64,000 bases of DNA from a virus. The translations under genes and the position numbers were made by a program. This document shows positions 39,001 to 46,940 of the stretch, piece by piece. Each line of letters starts with the position of its first letter. Position 1 is the first letter of the stretch. The stretch covers positions 64,001 through 128,000 of IMG/VR virus record IMGVR_UViG_3300038415_000014; one strand, given 5' to 3'. The notes below the pieces were generated by a model, which did not search any database, was not told the DNA's origin, and was given only the letters and a program-made list of their open reading frames with translations.

Positions 39001-40061
39001 ACTTCGATCGGCTTGAGCGTGGTAAGATTGACACCTCGTGTGTCATTCACCACAAGAGCCTAATCCAGAAGCATGGGGTTTGGAAGCCAAGAACCGAGGC
39101 AAACTATTGGCATGACTACGAGTTGTTCTCACGCTGGAGAAAAGAGCCTCAGACGGTAACTGGATACCCGTCAGTCAGCTATAATGCGAGTGCTTCTGGG
39201 CAAGGAGCCTTCCTGGCTAGCCTGACATCTTCAGACCAAGTCACTGACCTACCATTTGAACCTTCTGCTGCGATACCCCCTGAACCAAACCTACTGACCA
39301 TCGGCATCCTGAGTCTGGAATCCCGTGCTGATATGCTCAGCAAGTTGCTACAGGAGCTTGAGCGCCAACAAGCGACTCTACCCTCCTCTAACTCCGTAAA
39401 GATCGTACTTGAGGTGGACAATGGGGATGCCACTGTTGGGGGCAAGCGTCAGAAGATCATAAACGAGTGCAGTACTGAGTACTTGTGTTTTGTAGATGAT
39501 GATGACCTGGTAGAACCAACCTACCTGCAGTCAGTCCTACGGGCTCTCAAGGGCAAACCTGACTGTGTCACATTCAAGGGCATAGTCACCACTGACAACC
39601 ATAACCCCGAGCAGTTCCGCTTGTCCTTGCACTACCCAGCAGGAGCTTGGTCCAAGGATGCTCAGGGGACTCACATGAGGACCCCGAACCATCTGTGTCC
39701 AATGAAGATTGAGATAATGAGGAAAGTGACCTACCGAGACATTACCTCATATGAGGATGCTCTCTGGGGCATGTGGATCCACCCACTCCTGCATAGTCAA
39801 TGCCATATTGACGAGGTCTTGTACCACTACCGATACAGCCCAACCGGGTCAGAAGCAGCCAAGAGAGCACCGAAGCTCATTCCAGGGAAGCTGTTTGAGC
39901 TAGGGGCAGACGGGCTCTTCTATGACTTGAATGGAAAGTCCTACGCCCCCGAGAAGGCTCTTGAGATACTCAACGACCTGATTGGTGCGACCAGACCCCA
40001 GGATGTGACTGCCTTCACACTACGATACCCTGTTCTGTTCAAAGAACTACCAAAGCCCTAG
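36093..40061 (+). CDS. Multidomain glycosyltransferase with five tandem GT-A (GT2-like) domains
   Basis: Domain starts VSVYTPTH, ISFVVLD, IIAIAKNEE, VSVVIPTYKR, LTIGILSL, each followed by an acidic DxD-type motif (LDHDD, INDDA, LDPDE, LDDDN, VDDDD); AGGAG SD. Confidence 0.9.
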   Translation: MTIAGIRVLTIGKTFSLPHNVAHIEGTTHLLETIATFRPDVIVTPEYVPGALTQACHELRKRWIHVPPDVSAEELCSLVEGCYSFNLWTENQFAKDHPMVSVYTPTHDSGDYLQDTFQSLRGQTYANWEWVVVDDHSSDKTWARLQEFAAQDYRVRPFQSGMHLGKIGALKDLTTRLCRGKYLVELDHDDMLTETALDEVKNAFEAHPDVGMVYTNSASFYENGNPQRFSGSPWDDPNRYREVEYHGRKYLECSNPNIYDRFGPHFTQVFGWFLTVGPHHIRAFRADTFRQLGGYNPELPIADDWDLYARFFLESKCFHIDKLLYLYRYRDGFGNVTFQRLQSIQDHLALGRNHYVERFRRKNEELLASQTPVFVVNDPTPKPCPDESPSASISFVVLDATGKDNAVDCLKSLKLYAPDAEIILVENGCDSKARKEAHTALTSSHNLGFGAGCNLGASAATRPYLCFINDDAALVDAETIPKLLVAAKMNAIAGAYSDRAKPPQGDWSPESAPKADQVLPMVAGLCMVMSKSLFDSLGGFDPRFLTWEDDDLCVRARRRGASCVAVGGTFVHHKGHQTFEAMKLDHVAVEDKNHRLFNLKHPKIKIIAIAKNEENCIVEFFKQFESITHDWYMLDTGSTDRTIELADSIGVRVESAPFVDFATTRNQALNTFDPKECWTDSEGSWVIMLDPDERLDKQTIAAIPELIFNRRIVSQSAFDTYLAPLTAVYPDGSRKEFVAKPFLFKNNSTSKWVFKVHEKWVTEDHCSCHGQCAIVTNALIEHRIEFHTGKHRDGAEDLYSRLMSEEPYFQDPEYKAKMREDHPILDYDHTDDPRIAKIQAGPLVSVVIPTYKRTDLLRKAVLSALTQSYKTLEVIIVGDHCPELDSAAFDVSPYSEEPRVRVINLAENHGAGGAEPRNIAINLATGQYIAYLDDDNTWAKDHVSNLLTTILAEKSVWGWSSMMVNGVDLNFDRLERGKIDTSCVIHHKSLIQKHGVWKPRTEANYWHDYELFSRWRKEPQTVTGYPSVSYNASASGQGAFLASLTSSDQVTDLPFEPSAAIPPEPNLLTIGILSLESRADMLSKLLQELERQQATLPSSNSVKIVLEVDNGDATVGGKRQKIINECSTEYLCFVDDDDLVEPTYLQSVLRALKGKPDCVTFKGIVTTDNHNPEQFRLSLHYPAGAWSKDAQGTHMRTPNHLCPMKIEIMRKVTYRDITSYEDALWGMWIHPLLHSQCHIDEVLYHYRYSPTGSEAAKRAPKLIPGKLFELGADGLFYDLNGKSYAPEKALEILNDLIGATRPQDVTAFTLRYPVLFKELPKP

Positions 40062-40732
40062 AAGTCACACCCAAAAAGTACAGAGTTACCTGGTCCAGCA
40101 CCCCCGTACGGAGCTATGGATGCTATTACCTCAGCGGCAAGTGTGAAGTTTGGACTACTGTTCCAACCAGCATTATTAATGCCAGGGGTTGTAGTAGTAG
40201 TTAGACCGCCTGCACCGGCTATGTTGCTTGATGAGGGGTTGGTTAGCATTGAAGTGTAAATAGGTGTCAATGTAGTACCTGGAGTCACACCTACAAAGTC
40301 AAAGAGCCAAGCATTAGCAGCAATAGTGGTGATAGTCGTAGCTATGCTAGCAGCGGAGGCCGCGGTAACTGATTTAGTAACTCCTGGAGCTGTTTGAGCA
40401 GCTCCAAGTAGCGAGATAGAACCCCCTCCAGTATAAGTTGTGGACCCAGACGAAGTTACGATGATGTTATAGGTTCCAGAGGCTGGAAGTTGTGACTCTA
40501 GTGCATAATAGATTGCTACTAGCAGACCAGTGCTACTTAGTACAGAAACAGCTAAGCTTAGGGTTACACTATTATTGTAAGTTACCTGATTCAAGGTTGG
40601 ACCTGAACCAGCCATAACAGTACCAACCAAAAGGATGCGATTGTTGCCAGACGCGCCAATGGTATGACTAAAAGTCACCTGGTTGCTTGTAACAGCAGAA
40701 CCAGCACTAGAATAATCGTAGCTTAGGGCCAA
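40058..40732 (-). CDS. Beta-sandwich fibre-associated protein
   Basis: S/T/A/G-rich beta protein downstream of fibre genes; TTG start; stop overlaps the convergent glycosyltransferase stop. Confidence 0.55.
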   Translation of the reverse strand: MALSYDYSSAGSAVTSNQVTFSHTIGASGNNRILLVGTVMAGSGPTLNQVTYNNSVTLSLAVSVLSSTGLLVAIYYALESQLPASGTYNIIVTSSGSTTYTGGGSISLLGAAQTAPGVTKSVTAASAASIATTITTIAANAWLFDFVGVTPGTTLTPIYTSMLTNPSSSNIAGAGGLTTTTTPGINNAGWNSSPNFTLAAEVIASIAPYGGAGPGNSVLFGCDF

Positions 40733-40736
40733 AGAA

Positions 40737-41330
40737 TTAACCTATCTTAGCAATGCACAACCTAGCCCGACGACAGTGTACAGTCACGGCCCCGACATTC
40801 TTGTATTGCAATAGTAGGGTTACCGTGGCCCCATCGACCACAGTAAAAGGTACCACTACACTGAATACATGCGGAACCGCTTGTTCCCAAGAGTCTTCAT
40901 ACAAGGCAGAACCATTGTATGATAGCAAAGCATCACTGAAGGTGCTGGCTACGAGTGTATCCAAGAAATGCTCACAATCCAAAGTTCCAAGATAGGTACC
41001 AGCAGGCAAGGGGCCTGCATTGAGGGTTAGTTTAGTCACATAAGCACTACCAGAGGTAGTGGTGTCCGAGGTATCCGTTGCCTGCACCAACGTGGAGCCG
41101 AATACAGCACCTGTATGAGCGGCCACGACCGCATTCAGGGCGGTGATATCAGAAGCCGACAACTCACCAGTAAACGTGAGAACGACTGCGGATCCAGTTA
41201 GCTGAGGTTGGCCTGCTAATGGAACACTCAAACTTGCCGCTACGATCTGAGCAGCTAGAACTGGTGAGTTCACTACGTGATTGGGAAACTCTGTGAGTTG
41301 GTAGGTTTCGGTAGAAGTCAGTGAAGGCAT
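40737..41330 (-). CDS. Fibre-associated virion protein
   Basis: T/A/V-rich; DITALNAVVAAH linker followed by a beta domain. Confidence 0.55.
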   Translation of the reverse strand: MPSLTSTETYQLTEFPNHVVNSPVLAAQIVAASLSVPLAGQPQLTGSAVVLTFTGELSASDITALNAVVAAHTGAVFGSTLVQATDTSDTTTSGSAYVTKLTLNAGPLPAGTYLGTLDCEHFLDTLVASTFSDALLSYNGSALYEDSWEQAVPHVFSVVVPFTVVDGATVTLLLQYKNVGAVTVHCRRARLCIAKIG

Positions 41331-41339
41331 GTGATTCTC

Positions 41340-42413
41340 CTAGGGTGCAAATGCTTTAGAGATAACTGCGTAGATCTGGGACCCGTTGTAGTAGATAGCC
41401 ACTATATCCTGAGACCCATTGGGTGTGCTTAAGACTAAATTAGTAGCCTTGCCTCCAGGAGCCCATACAGCTGTTGGCCATGTTAGGATTCGGCTACCTG
41501 TACCGTCTTGTACGACACGCAAAATGTAGTTACCTACCCCGGGGAAGGTGATCCCTGTGATAGTAACGCTCCCTCCGAGCAAGACCATCTGCTTTTGACC
41601 ATTCGAGAAGGAGATGGCAAAGTTAGACGTGACAGCTGTACCACTGTTGATTTGATACTCTGCCGAAAACGCGACATATACCTCACCTGTTGCTGTTGTC
41701 GGGAAGTTGCCTTGGAAGCCTTGGTTGCCTTGCCACCCTTGAGCGCCTTGCCATCCCTGATTGCCTTGGTTACCCTGGTTTCCTTGCCAACCTTGCCAAC
41801 CTTGATTGCCTTGGACGCCCTGGACTCCGGTTGATCCAATAGCGCCCTGGAAGCCTTGGTTGCCTTGATTACCTTGTCGGCCCTGCTGGCCTTGGACGCC
41901 CTGGATCCCTTGGACTCCCTGGGTACCTTGCCATCCTTGGTTGCCTTGATTCCCTTGCCAGCCCTGAGATCCGACAAGGCCCTGGTTGCCTTGCCATCCT
42001 TGAACGCCTTGACCTCCGACGTTCCCTTGGTTGCCCTGCCAGCCCTGGGGGCCCTGCCAACCTTGATTACCTTGGTTGCCTTGCCAGCCCTGAGGGCCCT
42101 GATCCCCCAGCGCACCTTGCCAACCTTGGTTGCCTTGATTACCCTGGTTGCCTTGCCAACCCTGAGGGCCCTGGACTCCCGTCCCCTGCCATCCTTGGTT
42201 GCCTTGGTTGCCTTGATTCCCTTGCCAACCCTGAGCACCCTGAGGGCCCTGGATCCCGGTTCCCTGCCAACCTTGATTACCTTGGTTGCCGGTTGATCCG
42301 ACATCTCCCTGATACCCCTGATTGCCTTGAGTTCCGGTTAATCCGGTGAGACCTTGGTTGCCTTGCCAACCTTGGTTGCCTTGGTCTCCTTTCAGGTTGT
42401 TGACAAGATACAC
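41340..42413 (-). CDS. Collagen-like fibre protein with C-terminal beta domain
   Basis: About 75 G-X-Y triplets; C-terminal VVQDGTGSRILTWP..DIVAIYYNG typical of phage fibre tip domains; GGAGG SD before GTG. Confidence 0.85.
   Translation of the reverse strand: MYLVNNLKGDQGNQGWQGNQGLTGLTGTQGNQGYQGDVGSTGNQGNQGWQGTGIQGPQGAQGWQGNQGNQGNQGWQGTGVQGPQGWQGNQGNQGNQGWQGALGDQGPQGWQGNQGNQGWQGPQGWQGNQGNVGGQGVQGWQGNQGLVGSQGWQGNQGNQGWQGTQGVQGIQGVQGQQGRQGNQGNQGFQGAIGSTGVQGVQGNQGWQGWQGNQGNQGNQGWQGAQGWQGNQGFQGNFPTTATGEVYVAFSAEYQINSGTAVTSNFAISFSNGQKQMVLLGGSVTITGITFPGVGNYILRVVQDGTGSRILTWPTAVWAPGGKATNLVLSTPNGSQDIVAIYYNGSQIYAVISKAFAP
41703..42389 (-). repeat. Coding 9-nt-period repeat (GGx xxx CAR), G-X-Q collagen
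   Basis: Repeated ccttggttg/ccttgcca units on the plus strand. Confidence 0.9.
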
Positions 42414-42446
42414 TCACGCCTCCCGCCAGGTTAAACCGACTGTGAA

Positions 42447-43124
42447 TTAGCGTGGGTTTGCGTATGTGAACTGGCAGGAGAACGCGCAGGTAGCTCCCGA
42501 ACCTCGAATCCAGAAAGAGGAGACAATACCTTCGAATCCGATACTCTCTTGGCTTGATGCTTGACCTGGAACAACAATTTCAGGGCCACCTTCCTGAAAA
42601 GCCACATACAAGTTCACACTAGTACTCAGATTCCTAACTCTGAAGTTAGACATCTGCCGCGGGAGGTCAATCTGTAGCGAATCGGTGATCGAAGATCCAG
42701 ACGGAGCTGTAGAGTTAAACCCAGCTTGTTCATTACCTACAAACGGCGGAAGGACTAGCGTAGGTGCGCTTGGGGCTGGGTTACTAGCAAACTCACTGCC
42801 ACTTGCGTCAACATAGACTAGCTTCAACCAGAAGTGACTTGTATCTGGTATTGGGTGAGCAAGAAGGCTTGACGACGGCTTTAGGAGAAGCTGTACGTTA
42901 TTACCAGGTTGAATAGGGTTCTGAGGTCCGGCGACTGCTGGATCAACAAATCCAGTATTAGTAACGGTAATTATCTCAGCTGGGGCTGTGAAGTTGGGAT
43001 CATCGTCTGTATCAGTATAAAAGCGATACTTCAGTACGCCGGTCTTTTGAAAGTCCAACAAGGGCGTTACTAGATGAATGAAGCCTGGCTTGCGTCGTAG
43101 GATTGAGAAGAGGCGTCCGCTCAT
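42447..43124 (-). CDS. Hypothetical beta-rich virion protein
   Basis: 225-aa ORF; ATGA overlap with the upstream gene. Confidence 0.6.
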   Translation of the reverse strand: MSGRLFSILRRKPGFIHLVTPLLDFQKTGVLKYRFYTDTDDDPNFTAPAEIITVTNTGFVDPAVAGPQNPIQPGNNVQLLLKPSSSLLAHPIPDTSHFWLKLVYVDASGSEFASNPAPSAPTLVLPPFVGNEQAGFNSTAPSGSSITDSLQIDLPRQMSNFRVRNLSTSVNLYVAFQEGGPEIVVPGQASSQESIGFEGIVSSFWIRGSGATCAFSCQFTYANPR

Positions 43125-43537
43125 GATGTCACCACCTGTGGGCTTTTGACAAGAGGATCATAGGTCGACGCAGAGGCATCACCTTTTTCCTTCCGAGCTA
43201 GTTCTTGAGCCTCTCTCCAAGTACCAGTCTCTTCGCCCTTGTAGTTAGGTTGAAGACTAGCCTTGAACACGTGGTCTTTCTCCTTCTTAGCAACCTCTTC
43301 GCGACGCTTCTTTCGATAAGCGTTTTCTTTGATGGACTTCGTAGCCCACCCACCGGACTCTCCTTCTTTCAGGATGAATCCAAGGTTACCAGGAGCGAAA
43401 CCAATCTTAGCCTCAAGACCACAATTGCTGCAGGTTAGAGTCTTCTCCCCTGCTTGTACTGCATCATAGTCGGCATAGGAGAGCCGTCGGTCTTTGCTAG
43501 TTCCACATTCGAGACAGTCAATTTTGTAGGTGGGCAT
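43121..43537 (-). CDS. FmdB-like zinc-ribbon protein (second copy)
   Basis: MPTYKIDCLECG...CSNCG; the ATG at 43537 follows a GAGGA SD. Confidence 0.7.
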   Translation of the reverse strand: MPTYKIDCLECGTSKDRRLSYADYDAVQAGEKTLTCSNCGLEAKIGFAPGNLGFILKEGESGGWATKSIKENAYRKKRREEVAKKEKDHVFKASLQPNYKGEETGTWREAQELARKEKGDASASTYDPLVKSPQVVTS

Positions 43538-43552
43538 GACTTCCTCATACAC

Positions 43553-44407
43553 CTACTTGCCCTTTTTCTTGACTGGTATGGACCACCCGCGAACTTTGGA
43601 CATCACAGCTGCAACATGCTTGCAAACCCTATTGATTCGCGCTGGGTCTTTGATATCAGGTGTGGATGCTGTACCCGTGGGTCTTCCATCAAGATACTTC
43701 TCACCCTTGGCGTGGTATTCTGAACCCAACCACCTCCATGCCTTGCACGAACACGAGAAATTAACTTCCATCTTGGCAATGGCAGTCATGTTCCCCTTTC
43801 GGGCCGCCTTGAGCTTGACCATCTTGGGTCCATGACCACAATCCACCGAAAAGATCCACCTGAGGTTAGGAACGTCAGCTCTCTTGGTGACAGCCACACA
43901 AGTGGCTGCCCGTTGAGTCACCTGTGGATTCAAACCCTGTTCAATCTCAGAAAGCTTCGAGGCTATTCGTACCGGGGCTTCGAAGGATACCGGAGCCTCA
44001 TGAGCGCACTTGAGTAGCCAGAGCTGGGCCACATTCTCAACCATCGCAGCGTTATGACGATTGGGAATGCCATCTCGGTATGGATACCTAGTGATGGAAT
44101 CATCATCTACGTGAGGGCCTGGGCGTCGATAGGTAGGCCTAGCGTACTGGTGGTCCCTCTCATCCGGCTTGGTCTGGTCCTTCAGCAAGTCGTCTGCTTT
44201 ATCACGACGATACATCGACTCGTCTTTGATGTCAGGCTTACGCTCATCCTCTTCCGATGGCTTCGAGAAGGTCGAGGTCCCCGGGATGTCAGGGTCCAAT
44301 CCAACTCCCTTCTCGGAAGGACCACCCCCAGGGAGCCCAGACTCAGCCACTGGAGAACCTCCAGCTGCTGGCCCGTACGGGGGTCGAAGAACGAGAGGTT
44401 GGATCAT
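43553..44407 (-). CDS. SWIM zinc-finger protein with low-complexity N-terminus
   Basis: FSCSCKAW...VCKHVAAV (CxC...CxH). Confidence 0.75.
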   Translation of the reverse strand: MIQPLVLRPPYGPAAGGSPVAESGLPGGGPSEKGVGLDPDIPGTSTFSKPSEEDERKPDIKDESMYRRDKADDLLKDQTKPDERDHQYARPTYRRPGPHVDDDSITRYPYRDGIPNRHNAAMVENVAQLWLLKCAHEAPVSFEAPVRIASKLSEIEQGLNPQVTQRAATCVAVTKRADVPNLRWIFSVDCGHGPKMVKLKAARKGNMTAIAKMEVNFSCSCKAWRWLGSEYHAKGEKYLDGRPTGTASTPDIKDPARINRVCKHVAAVMSKVRGWSIPVKKKGK

Positions 44408-44411
44408 GCGC

Positions 44412-45077
44412 TCACTTCGCGAAGTCGGTTACAGGCCTCAGCATATTTATCTTTTCAGCGGCATGCATCACAGCCTCTGATGCTGGCCAAGGTCCGTTTT
44501 CAGGCTCCAACTGACCTAGAGCCGTAGACATACTGTGGAGCGCTGAGAAGAAGTACCTCTTTGGGTTTTTGGGGTTCTTTCTAGCAAGCTTCAAAGAGGC
44601 AATCGCGGTATCAACCTCTAATTGATACCGTTCGAGCAACTCCTTATCAAGAGCAGCAGACTTGAAGTTGTCCTTGTGCTCGTCGTGCATCTCCTTCCAC
44701 TTCTTGGAGTCTGACTCACCCATATTCTGAGTCGGGTCCGCTGGCTTCCCCTCCTCAAACCGACTCCGACGAGCTTCTTCCGTAGCGAAGATGTTCCAAC
44801 GTGCATTGTTCATGAGCTTACCTTTGAGGGATCGAGGAACACTTTTGGGGATCTTGTGGGATGCTTCGGTGAGTTTACTTGCAACCTCGGTGAGACCAAG
44901 GTTTTGGAACATCATGCCTAGGGTTTGGACCGCGGTTGCCGTGTTCAAGAAGACCATCTGCCAACTATCAGACTTTGCAGAACTAGCAGCATCATCAAGC
45001 ATCCTAATAGCGTGCTTGAGGTTATCTTGGACCAGCTCAGACTTATCTGGGCTGACTGCGGCTTCGACAACGGTCAT
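44412..45077 (-). CDS. Hypothetical helical protein
   Basis: 221-aa ORF; ATGA overlap with the GIY-YIG stop. Confidence 0.65.
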   Translation of the reverse strand: MTVVEAAVSPDKSELVQDNLKHAIRMLDDAASSAKSDSWQMVFLNTATAVQTLGMMFQNLGLTEVASKLTEASHKIPKSVPRSLKGKLMNNARWNIFATEEARRSRFEEGKPADPTQNMGESDSKKWKEMHDEHKDNFKSAALDKELLERYQLEVDTAIASLKLARKNPKNPKRYFFSALHSMSTALGQLEPENGPWPASEAVMHAAEKINMLRPVTDFAK

Positions 45078-45946
45078 GAGACCCCCAGAGTAGCTTGAGC
45101 CTTTCTGGCTTTCTTTTCAGCTTGGTATCTTCGATTCTGATCACGACGTTTGGCTCGTTGGAGTCGAACTTTGAGTGGTAAACTGGCATCCCTTGCAACA
45201 GCTCTTGCTGATGCAATGGCTCGCCCCTTACGCAGCCCCTCAAGGTTTGCCCTCTGCCATTCAGGGTCTTCATGCTGGATACGAAGTTGTTCTAGGTTAG
45301 CCTTACGCCACTCAGGATCAGATAGCTTTCTCTGAGCTGCTTTTGAACATGCTTCGATGTAATCAAGGTCTTCAGCCCTTCTCCTAGCTCCCTCAGCCAC
45401 GTTCTTGCGCCAGCTCAGGTCTGCAGTTCGTTTATGAACCCCTTCTCTTAGCTTCTCTTGACACTCAGGGTCTTCAGATCTTCTTCTAGCCGCCTCGACC
45501 ACATTCTTATGCCACTCAGGAGTTGCAGAACGCCTACGAGAGCCTTCTGAACATGCCCTATGCCAATTAGGGTCTGCCTTTCTCTTACTGGCTCCTCGCA
45601 TCAACTTATCACGAGCTTCTGGAACAGAAAAGTCAACACCCTCACCACCGTTAGTTAGGTTGTACCCGTTTGGTACAGTACAACTATGAGATGCAATCTG
45701 AGCAACTTCAAACTTCAACATCTCCTCGACTGTAGACGCGGTTTCAAGACACTCAATCTTGAAGTTGCTAGCTCCATACTTTCGAATAGCTCGATGAAGG
45801 GCTAGAGGAGGATTACTTTTCTTTGCTAGACTCAAGTGCTGAGCCCATCGATGCCTAATGGATACCCTGGTACAACCGACATACCTCTTCCCGTTCACGA
45901 GATTCGTGATTAGGTAGACATACCCAGTAAAAGCAGTGGAATCCAT
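45074..45946 (-). CDS. GIY-YIG homing endonuclease
   Basis: GYVYLITNLVNGKRYVGCT...R.AQH...E...GYNLT, followed by about 18-aa helical repeats. Confidence 0.9.
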   Translation of the reverse strand: MDSTAFTGYVYLITNLVNGKRYVGCTRVSIRHRWAQHLSLAKKSNPPLALHRAIRKYGASNFKIECLETASTVEEMLKFEVAQIASHSCTVPNGYNLTNGGEGVDFSVPEARDKLMRGASKRKADPNWHRACSEGSRRRSATPEWHKNVVEAARRRSEDPECQEKLREGVHKRTADLSWRKNVAEGARRRAEDLDYIEACSKAAQRKLSDPEWRKANLEQLRIQHEDPEWQRANLEGLRKGRAIASARAVARDASLPLKVRLQRAKRRDQNRRYQAEKKARKAQATLGVS

Positions 45947-45969
45947 GAAGCTACTACACCAGATCTATA

Positions 45970-46863
45970 TTACTGATGCTTATCTTTTACGACGGACTTA
46001 TTTTTCTCCCACTGGTCTGCTATTTCCTGTAGATCTTCTTCACTGAGTGACGGATTCGCAGACTTAAAACCTTTCATCACTTCCTCCCTGGAGTTAGCCT
46101 GGATGGGTCCCATCGCTTCAAGGGCCTGCTGGGCTGTCTGAGACATGGCCATCAGAACCCGGTGAAGCCTCAATCTAGCAACTTCTGGGGGGATGCGAGC
46201 TGCCTGGACCTCATCAGCGATCCGGCGAAGGGCGGTTGCGATATGACTGGTGGACGCGGCTCTGAACATGGATGCTCTCTTTCCTTTGGGTGGTATCGAA
46301 GAAGGATGCCTGATCTTACTCAGGGCCTTATTAGCGAGTTCCTGAATATCCTTAGCTTTCCCCTGTAGTGGGGCTGGCAAAGAACTCTTGAGGTGAGCTA
46401 CCTCAAGTAAAAGATCCTCTAAACTGTTGGTGATGTCATTGACATCGCGAATGTTCAACTCTGCAGCCATCTTCTGAGCATTTTCAGGTCGAGGCTGAAT
46501 GAATGGAGACCTACGGTCGATCTGACGTAGGCGAGTATTACGAAGCACGTCTTCCAGCTCCTCTACCTTCTCGGGCTTGAGCTGGGACTTCAACTCTTCA
46601 TAGTCCAACCGAGAAGCTGCCAGCGCTGTGGCAGCCAGAGCCTTGTCAAGTTTGAACAATGAGTCTGGTATCCCATAGATGGTATCCCCCGCAATCTCGT
46701 AGAAGTGGTCTCGGCTCGGGGAGGTAGATATCAGGCGGACTGCCTGACTAACGAACTTCTTGAGCTGCTCACAACGAAGGCGGGCGTCAGTGAGCTCTTC
46801 CATTATGTAAATGAGAGCTCCTCCCTCTTTGTGAATGGTACCCGTCTGGTTGTCGTTGTCCAT
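45970..46863 (-). CDS. Hypothetical helical protein
   Basis: 297-aa ORF in operon. Confidence 0.7.
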   Translation of the reverse strand: MDNDNQTGTIHKEGGALIYIMEELTDARLRCEQLKKFVSQAVRLISTSPSRDHFYEIAGDTIYGIPDSLFKLDKALAATALAASRLDYEELKSQLKPEKVEELEDVLRNTRLRQIDRRSPFIQPRPENAQKMAAELNIRDVNDITNSLEDLLLEVAHLKSSLPAPLQGKAKDIQELANKALSKIRHPSSIPPKGKRASMFRAASTSHIATALRRIADEVQAARIPPEVARLRLHRVLMAMSQTAQQALEAMGPIQANSREEVMKGFKSANPSLSEEDLQEIADQWEKNKSVVKDKHQ

Positions 46864-46872
46864 CGAACAGAA

Positions 46873-46912
46873 GAAGCTACAAGAGGACTAACGATCACCC
46901 TCTTGTAGCTTC
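46873..46912 (-). terminator. Perfect 14-bp inverted repeat followed by TTCTGTT; terminator or regulatory stem
   Basis: GAAGCTACAAGAGG (46873-46886) and CCTCTTGTAGCTTC (46899-46912), 12-nt loop, 9 nt upstream of the ATG at 46863. Confidence 0.6.
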
Positions 46913-46940
46913 ACATTGATGCACTAGATGCGAGAGTAAC

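Noticed and set aside
41508-42304. Overlapping ORFs over the collagen gene
   Set aside because: They are by-products of the 9-nt periodic repeat.
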